Source: Alphaproteobacteria bacterium (GTDB lineage Bacteria > Pseudomonadota > Alphaproteobacteria > MPNO01 > UBA830). From it: a stretch of DNA of 64,000 nucleotides. The stretch's first letter is position 1. Each line of letters starts with the position of its first letter. Below are positions 58,359-64,000 of this stretch, in pieces. The stretch lies in the NCBI GenBank assembly GCA_965243135.1, contig OZ251539.1, forward strand, positions 224,001-288,000, given 5' to 3'. The notes below the pieces were generated by a model that was not told the DNA's origin, made no database searches, and saw only the letters and a list, made by a program, of their open reading frames with translations. Both the position numbers and the translations under genes were made by a program.

Positions 58359-59350
58359 CCATCGACGTTCATGCGCATTTCGTGCCGCCTTCCATGCTGC
58401 AGGGGCTGGACGACAGGGGCCGGGAATTCGGGGTTTCGCTGGCGGAGCGCGCGCCCGGCTGCGTGAACTGCGTCTTCGAGACGGGCTTGTCCGTGCGTCC
58501 GTTCTTCGACGCCATTCTCGACGTCGACCGGCGGCTCGCGGACATGGACCGCCAGCGGATCGATCGCGAGATCCTGACCCTGTGGGCCGACCTGTTCGCC
58601 TACGACCTGCCGTCCGGCAAGGGAGACGCCTGGCATCGCCACATGAACGATCACCTTGCGCGGCTGACGGAACGGAATCCCGACCGGTTTTCCTGGATGG
58701 CTTCGGGAGCGCTTCAGGATCCGGCGGCGGCGGCGAGGGAACTCGAACGTTGCATGAATGCGGGCGCGCTCGGCGCCGTGACCGCGACCGAACTGCGCGG
58801 CCGAAATCTCGGCGAATGCGATCTCGACGAGTTCTGGGCGGCCTGCGTCTCCCTTGGCGCGCCCGTCTTTCTGCACCCTGCCCAGCCGGCGCCGCCGGCG
58901 CGCGCCGGCAGGTTCGCTCTCAACCAGATCTGCGCCTATACCATGGACACGACGCTTACGGTCGGATCCTTGATCAGCGTCGGCGTGCTGGACCGCTTCC
59001 CGGAACTGCAGCTGATTCTGTCCCACGGCGGCGGGCTGATGCCGTGGTTGGGAGGCCGCTTCGATCGCATGTACGAGGCTGCGCCTCGCGACGTCACGGG
59101 CGTCGTCGCCGAGCGGCCGCCGTCGGCCTACTTGCCGCGGCTGTTCTACGACACGATCCTGCACGACGGAGCGGCGCTTCGCTACCTCGCGGCCAAGGTC
59201 GGGGTGGAAAGGCTTCTCCTCGGCAGCGACCTCCCGTTTCCGCCCGGCGATCCCGATCCGCTGCGGAGCCTGGGCGAGGCGGGTTTTACGGAGGCGGAGG
59301 CGCGGCGGATCGCCGAAATCAACCCCCGGACCCTTTTCGGGATCCGGTAA
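58355..59350 (+). CDS. Amidohydrolase-2 family, ACMSD-like decarboxylase
   Basis: IDVHAH, VFLHP, SHGGG, GSDLPF. Confidence 0.9.
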   Translation: MTIDVHAHFVPPSMLQGLDDRGREFGVSLAERAPGCVNCVFETGLSVRPFFDAILDVDRRLADMDRQRIDREILTLWADLFAYDLPSGKGDAWHRHMNDHLARLTERNPDRFSWMASGALQDPAAAARELERCMNAGALGAVTATELRGRNLGECDLDEFWAACVSLGAPVFLHPAQPAPPARAGRFALNQICAYTMDTTLTVGSLISVGVLDRFPELQLILSHGGGLMPWLGGRFDRMYEAAPRDVTGVVAERPPSAYLPRLFYDTILHDGAALRYLAAKVGVERLLLGSDLPFPPGDPDPLRSLGEAGFTEAEARRIAEINPRTLFGIR

Positions 59351-59706
59351 TTCCGCCGTTGCCGGCCGGAGGCGCCCGCGTCGACGCCGACGTCTGGAGC
59401 TTCGCCGGACATCGGTTGCGAGGCCGGTCGCGCGTCCGGTTCGGGCGCGATTCGCGAACCGTTCTTTCCCCCGTACCGCTCCGGGCGAAACGCTCGTTCG
59501 ACGGACAGGCCCGGCAACCGACCCGCAGGGTTGCGGGAAACGAACCCTTTCCGGAGAACGCCCTCTCGCCGGGCGTCTCGTCGCGAGCGAACGGGCAGGG
59601 ACCGGTTCGCGCAAGGTGACTCTTCGGCGGGCATCGGGTAGGCATCCTGCGCGGTTCGTTTCGTTCGACGGGCGGCGCGCCTGGAGAGGCACAGGGAAGA
59701 TTGACC

Positions 59707-60636
59707 ATGAAGCTGCTGCATTTCGACGACTACAAGCTCGGCGTCTTCCGCGACGGCAACGTCGTCGACATCTCCTCCGTCGTCGCCGACATTCCTCACG
59801 TGACGCCCCAGGAAAGGATACGGGGCCTGATCGAGCGTTTCGACGAATACCGGGGGCGCGTCGAGACCGTTGCGGCAGACGCGGGCGGCGCGCCGGCCGA
59901 CGGGGTGCGGATGCGCGCTCCGCTGCCGCGACCCGGAAACATCGTCTGCATGGCGGTCAATTACATGGAGGACGGGACTCGGGAGAAGCCCGCGCCGATC
60001 AACGCATTCATGAAGACCTCGAGCGCCGTGATCGGCGACGGCGATACGATGGTGCTGCCCGATGCGCCGGCGACGGTGTTCGAGGGCGAGGCGGAGCTCG
60101 CCGTGATCATCGGCAGGCGGACGCGAAACGTGTCCGAGGCGGAAGCGATGGACTGCGTGTTCGGCTACGCGAACTTCATCGACGGTTCGGCCCGCGGCTT
60201 GCCGCCCGCCGGCAACGTTTTCTATCAGGCGAAGTCGCGGGACACTTTTGCGCCGATGGGTCCGTGGATAGTCACTCGGGACGAGGTAGCCGACCCGCAG
60301 AAGTTGCGCGTTCGACTTTGGAACAACGAAGTTCCGATGCAGGATTTCAACACCGACGACATGGCGCACGGGATCGCGCGCTGCATCTCATGGGTCAGCG
60401 CGGTTCATGCGCTGGAGCCGGGCGACGTGCTGGCCACGGGAACCAACCATCGCGGGCTGAACCCGTTCATGGACGGCGACACGATCGAGATGGAAACGGA
60501 GGGGCTCGGGCGGTTGACGATCCGGGTCCGGGACGACCTGAAGCGGACCTGGGCCCGCGTTACCCGCTTGCAGCACGCGGAAAGCGGAGGAAGAGGTAAC
60601 CATACGCCGCAGTTGACCGGCAAGTACTCCGGTTGA
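59707..60636 (+). CDS. Fumarylacetoacetate hydrolase family protein
   Basis: AVNY, FEGEAELAVIIG, KSRDTFAPMGP, LEPGDVLATGT. Confidence 0.94.
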   Translation: MKLLHFDDYKLGVFRDGNVVDISSVVADIPHVTPQERIRGLIERFDEYRGRVETVAADAGGAPADGVRMRAPLPRPGNIVCMAVNYMEDGTREKPAPINAFMKTSSAVIGDGDTMVLPDAPATVFEGEAELAVIIGRRTRNVSEAEAMDCVFGYANFIDGSARGLPPAGNVFYQAKSRDTFAPMGPWIVTRDEVADPQKLRVRLWNNEVPMQDFNTDDMAHGIARCISWVSAVHALEPGDVLATGTNHRGLNPFMDGDTIEMETEGLGRLTIRVRDDLKRTWARVTRLQHAESGGRGNHTPQLTGKYSG

Positions 60637-60965
60637 TTCCTCTCCGCGCGGGGCATGCGCGTTTCCCCGGACGGACGCAGTCCTGAACGATGCATGGAAA
60701 GCCGCTTGCGCTGGCGGTCAGCGACCGCTTGCGACGGGAAAACGCCAATTTCCCGGCAGATCCTTCCCATGCAGGCGGTAGCGGCAACCCGTCGCGCGCA
60801 GCCCCTGTCGCACCGCCGTTTCGGGCTTCATGCCCCCGGATGTTGGACGTGATCTCGCTTGCCAGCCGCGCCCGCCTCGCGAACAGGCATTGCCGACCGG
60901 GGTCTCGACATGAAGACTTGAAGGGCGCCGTTCCCGGGGTGCGGGCTCAAGAGCGTCGCCTGCGC

Positions 60966-61478
60966 TCAAAGGTCGTCAATGATGCCCCGAATGTAATCTC
61001 GAAGCCACGGCACGGGCTCGAGATGCGCCTCGAGAACGGCCCGCATGCCGCCCCACGACTCCGCTGCTTGCGCTGCCGCGTCCCTGATTTCGACGCTATC
61101 GGCGGCCAACCCTTCGCGTACGAGATCGGCGCGCCATGACGCGGTTCCGGCAGACGCTTGACGCCCGAGACACCGCAGAACCGATGCCGCGAAGTCCGGA
61201 TGCGCGGCATCCTGAGAGAAAGCCCTGAACCACTCCAAAACGGGAAACTCGTCCTGGTCCTGCAATGCCTCTTCAATGATCTTCTCGGCCGGATGATTCA
61301 TTCCGTCCTCAAGCGGATCGGCTTCAAAAGCCGCCCATAGATCGGCTTCGAGCCGCGTCCGCTTCCGGGTTGCCCGGTCCCCTTCGGAAGCGCTGAGCGG
61401 GCGGTCGGCGACCTCTGTCGCGGGGGCGGCGTCGGGACGCGATGAATCCGGGCGGCGCTGCGGTTCCGGTCGCGTCAT
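60966..61478 (-). CDS. Hypothetical helical (HEAT-like) protein
   Basis: ATGA overlap with the upstream dioxygenase; DSVEIRDAAAQAAE motif; protein-like composition. Confidence 0.6.
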   Translation of the reverse strand: MTRPEPQRRPDSSRPDAAPATEVADRPLSASEGDRATRKRTRLEADLWAAFEADPLEDGMNHPAEKIIEEALQDQDEFPVLEWFRAFSQDAAHPDFAASVLRCLGRQASAGTASWRADLVREGLAADSVEIRDAAAQAAESWGGMRAVLEAHLEPVPWLRDYIRGIIDDL

Positions 61479-62299
61479 TGAGGGCGCTTGCTTTCCTGAA
61501 CGACGGCCGGGTCGGCGTAGCCCTTGATCCAGTGACGGATCACGTCCATGCAGACCGGATCCAGGTCGAACCGCGGCTCGGGATCGTAGTCCCAGTGGCC
61601 GTAGCGGTCGACGCCGCGCGCCAGGATCGCCGTGCGGCGCCCGATGACGCACCGTACCCGGGTCGGCAGGAAGGTGAACGACATGCCGAGACGGCGGTCG
61701 TCCGAAAGGTTGGGCGGCGAACTGTGCAGCATCCGCTCGTGGTGCAGCGAGAACTGGCCGGCCCGGAGCGGCATGTGGACGGCCGCGCTGTCGTCGAGAC
61801 CTTCGATCGACTGGCCGCGAGCGAGCAGGTTGCGGCGGTCGTAGGTTTCAACGTGACTCTGGTCCGGCCAGCGATGGCTGCCCGGCAACACGCGCATGCA
61901 GCCGTTCTCCGGCGTCGCGTCCGTGAACCCCAGCCACAGCGTGACCACGTCGTGCGGGTCGAGACCGTAATAGGCGGAGTCCTGATGCCAGGTGACGAAC
62001 CTTCCGTCGCGCGCGTCCTTGAACCAGAAGGTGGAGAGATAGAGCAGAATGTCGGGGCCGAGGAGATCCTCGACGGCGTCGAGCAGTCTTGGATGATGCG
62101 CGATCTCCCAGAGCCATCTGAATCCGAGGTGCACCTTGATGCGCAGGTGCTGCGCGATGTCGCCGTCGATCGTCGCCTCGTAAGATTCGATCCTCTCGCG
62201 GCAGGTTCTGGCTTCGTCCGCCGTCAGACAGTCGAACGGAAACGCGTAACCCTCGTTCCGGAACTGCTCGATCTGCTCCGTTGTCAGGACCTTGGGCAT
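61475..62299 (-). CDS. PhyH-family Fe(II)/2-oxoglutarate dioxygenase
   Basis: WHQD, ENGCMRVLPGSH, LHSS.PN.S..RR. Confidence 0.94.
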   Translation of the reverse strand: MPKVLTTEQIEQFRNEGYAFPFDCLTADEARTCRERIESYEATIDGDIAQHLRIKVHLGFRWLWEIAHHPRLLDAVEDLLGPDILLYLSTFWFKDARDGRFVTWHQDSAYYGLDPHDVVTLWLGFTDATPENGCMRVLPGSHRWPDQSHVETYDRRNLLARGQSIEGLDDSAAVHMPLRAGQFSLHHERMLHSSPPNLSDDRRLGMSFTFLPTRVRCVIGRRTAILARGVDRYGHWDYDPEPRFDLDPVCMDVIRHWIKGYADPAVVQESKRPQ

Positions 62300-62406
62300 G
62301 ACGCGCTCCCCCGTCGGCCGGTTCCCCGAACGATGCTGCTGCAATATGATCGACCGACGGCGGCGAGAAAGCAATGCGCCGTCGGCAACGCGGAAAGGGG
62401 AGCGTC

Positions 62407-62799
62407 ATGGCGTCGGCATTCAGGGTTTTCCGTCTCGCCGAACTTCCCGCCGTGGAATTGCCGGGAGGGCGGGGCGCGCAGAAACCCATTGTCGATGCCG
62501 GCTGCGGCGCGACGGCTCTGGACGTCCATCTCAACCTGCTCGATGCGAGGGAGCCCGGAGGCCGTTATCATCGCCACACGAACTCCGACAACGTCTATAT
62601 CGTCCGGCGCGGCGTCGGCCGCCTCGTCGTCGAGGGACGGATCCGCGAGATCCGCGAAGACGACGTCGTCTACATTCCTGCCGGGACGCGGCATTCGCTT
62701 TCCAACGACGGCGAGGAACCGCTCGAACTCTTCGAAATCTACGCGCCGGCCGGCGACGCTTTCGATTTCGTGACGGACGATCCGGGAGAAGGGAAGTGA
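62407..62799 (+). CDS. Cupin-domain protein
   Basis: HRHTNSDNVY...G.G, IPAGTRHSLSN. Confidence 0.9.
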   Translation: MASAFRVFRLAELPAVELPGGRGAQKPIVDAGCGATALDVHLNLLDAREPGGRYHRHTNSDNVYIVRRGVGRLVVEGRIREIREDDVVYIPAGTRHSLSNDGEEPLELFEIYAPAGDAFDFVTDDPGEGK

Positions 62800-63797
62800 C
62801 CCTTCCCGGCGTGCTATTCGTTCCCTATCGCGAAACTCTTGACCTGCTGAATGTCGAGGAGGCGATGGAAATCTGCGAGCGGGTCTATCTCATGCATGCG
62901 CGCGGCGCGGTGCAATGGTCGCGCCCGCCGTCGTGGAAACTCGACGCCGGAGCCCCATGGCACAATCACTGGCACGTCAAGGGCGCGTTCTTGCCCGAAA
63001 TCCCGGCGACCGGAGTGCGCATGTACAACTATTACGACGACGGCGTGCGCAACACGGTCGGCCGCCTGGAATGCGCGCGCTACATCCTGTTGACGGATCC
63101 GTCGACCGGTCATGCGAAGGCGATCGTCGAAGAGCACTGGGCGTATGCGATTCGCAGCGCCGCGGCCGCGATTCTGCCGCTTCGATGGCTTGGGCCGGCG
63201 GACCCGAAGGTCCTCGGCCTGGTCGGCGTCGGCACGATGGGCGCGAACGCGCTGCGCTGTCTGCTGACGATGTACGAATTCGAGAGGATCGTCTGCACCT
63301 CGCGCCGTCCGGAAACTCGCGACGCCTTCGCGCGGGAGTGGTCGGAGAAACTGGGCATCGACGTCGAGCCGGCGGAGACGGTCGAAGAAGTGGTTCGCGC
63401 CGCCGACGTCGGCGTCGGGGGCACGACGTCGACCGATGTCGTGGCGCGGGAGGAATGGGTGAAGCCGGGCGCGACTTACGTGTCGCTGGCGCGCCGCGAG
63501 ATGGATCCGGCGGGCTGGAAGCGTTTCGACAAGGTCGTTCTTGACGATTGGGAAGCGAACATGATGAACGGCGAGTTCGTCGAATTCGTGGAACGGGGGC
63601 TGTTTTCGCGCGACCGGCTGCACGGCGAGATCTGCGACGTCGTTTCCGGCGAGGTCGCGGGCCGGGAAAACGTCGACGAACGCATTCTCGTCCACACTAC
63701 GGGACTTGTTTCGCAGGACATCGCCATTTGCCACCGGATCTGCGAAAAGGCTGCGGCGAAGGGCGTCGGCATCGCGCTGCCGCCTACGGACGGGTGA
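62796..63797 (+). CDS. Ornithine cyclodeaminase / mu-crystallin family protein
   Basis: HVKGA, IRSAA, VGVGTMG, GRE...ERI....TG...QD. Confidence 0.9.
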   Translation: MTLPGVLFVPYRETLDLLNVEEAMEICERVYLMHARGAVQWSRPPSWKLDAGAPWHNHWHVKGAFLPEIPATGVRMYNYYDDGVRNTVGRLECARYILLTDPSTGHAKAIVEEHWAYAIRSAAAAILPLRWLGPADPKVLGLVGVGTMGANALRCLLTMYEFERIVCTSRRPETRDAFAREWSEKLGIDVEPAETVEEVVRAADVGVGGTTSTDVVAREEWVKPGATYVSLARREMDPAGWKRFDKVVLDDWEANMMNGEFVEFVERGLFSRDRLHGEICDVVSGEVAGRENVDERILVHTTGLVSQDIAICHRICEKAAAKGVGIALPPTDG

Positions 63798-64000
63798 ACT
63801 GCGTCGCGGACGCCGTCGCGCCGGCCCGGGAGCCGCGGACGCCGCAGCCCGGCGTTTCGAGGCGCGGCGATCGGGAGAACGACGGATGGGTAACAGGCTG
63901 AACGGCGTCATTCGCGCGCTCGAGCGGGGCGGTCCGGCGTTCGCCGCTTTCGCTCCGATCGACGTCCAGACCGCGGTCGCGATGGCGGCGTCGAAATACG

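Noticed and set aside
63908-64000. 3' end of a minus-strand gene at the window edge
   Set aside because: Too short to assign

Overview
High-GC alphaproteobacterial chromosome segment (stand-alone rpsD, Rhodospirillales-like gene set), probably from a host-associated organism (inference). Two intact catabolic blocks (about 21-41 kb and 55-64 kb: ABC and TRAP transporters, cyclic amidohydrolases, ornithine-cyclodeaminase-like, GMC, SDR, Mo-hydroxylase, FAH, PhyH) alternate with plastic zones. The plastic zones hold three autotransporters (one partial), a TbpB-like surface lipoprotein, a decaying restriction-modification islet, AAA-ATPase/PD-(D/E)XK genes and layered mobile elements. Main observations: (1) a transposase-less 1479-bp element with IS66-type GTAAGCG termini and an 8-bp target duplication, carrying its own promoter and a membrane-anchored, repeat-variable coiled-coil gene, with 3 copies plus a fragment; (2) poly-C tracts between the -35 and -10 boxes of both complete autotransporter genes; (3) a perfect 13-bp x 32.7 array in the lipoprotein leader, whose unit is complementary to the gene's own Shine-Dalgarno; (4) shared flanks and an orphan autotransporter tail, suggesting cassette exchange of surface-protein genes; (5) one DDE IS family seen as an intact copy, a decayed nested copy, a lone end and a 128-bp MITE. 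No rRNA, tRNA or CRISPR array was seen. Family names come from motif recognition only; no searches were run.
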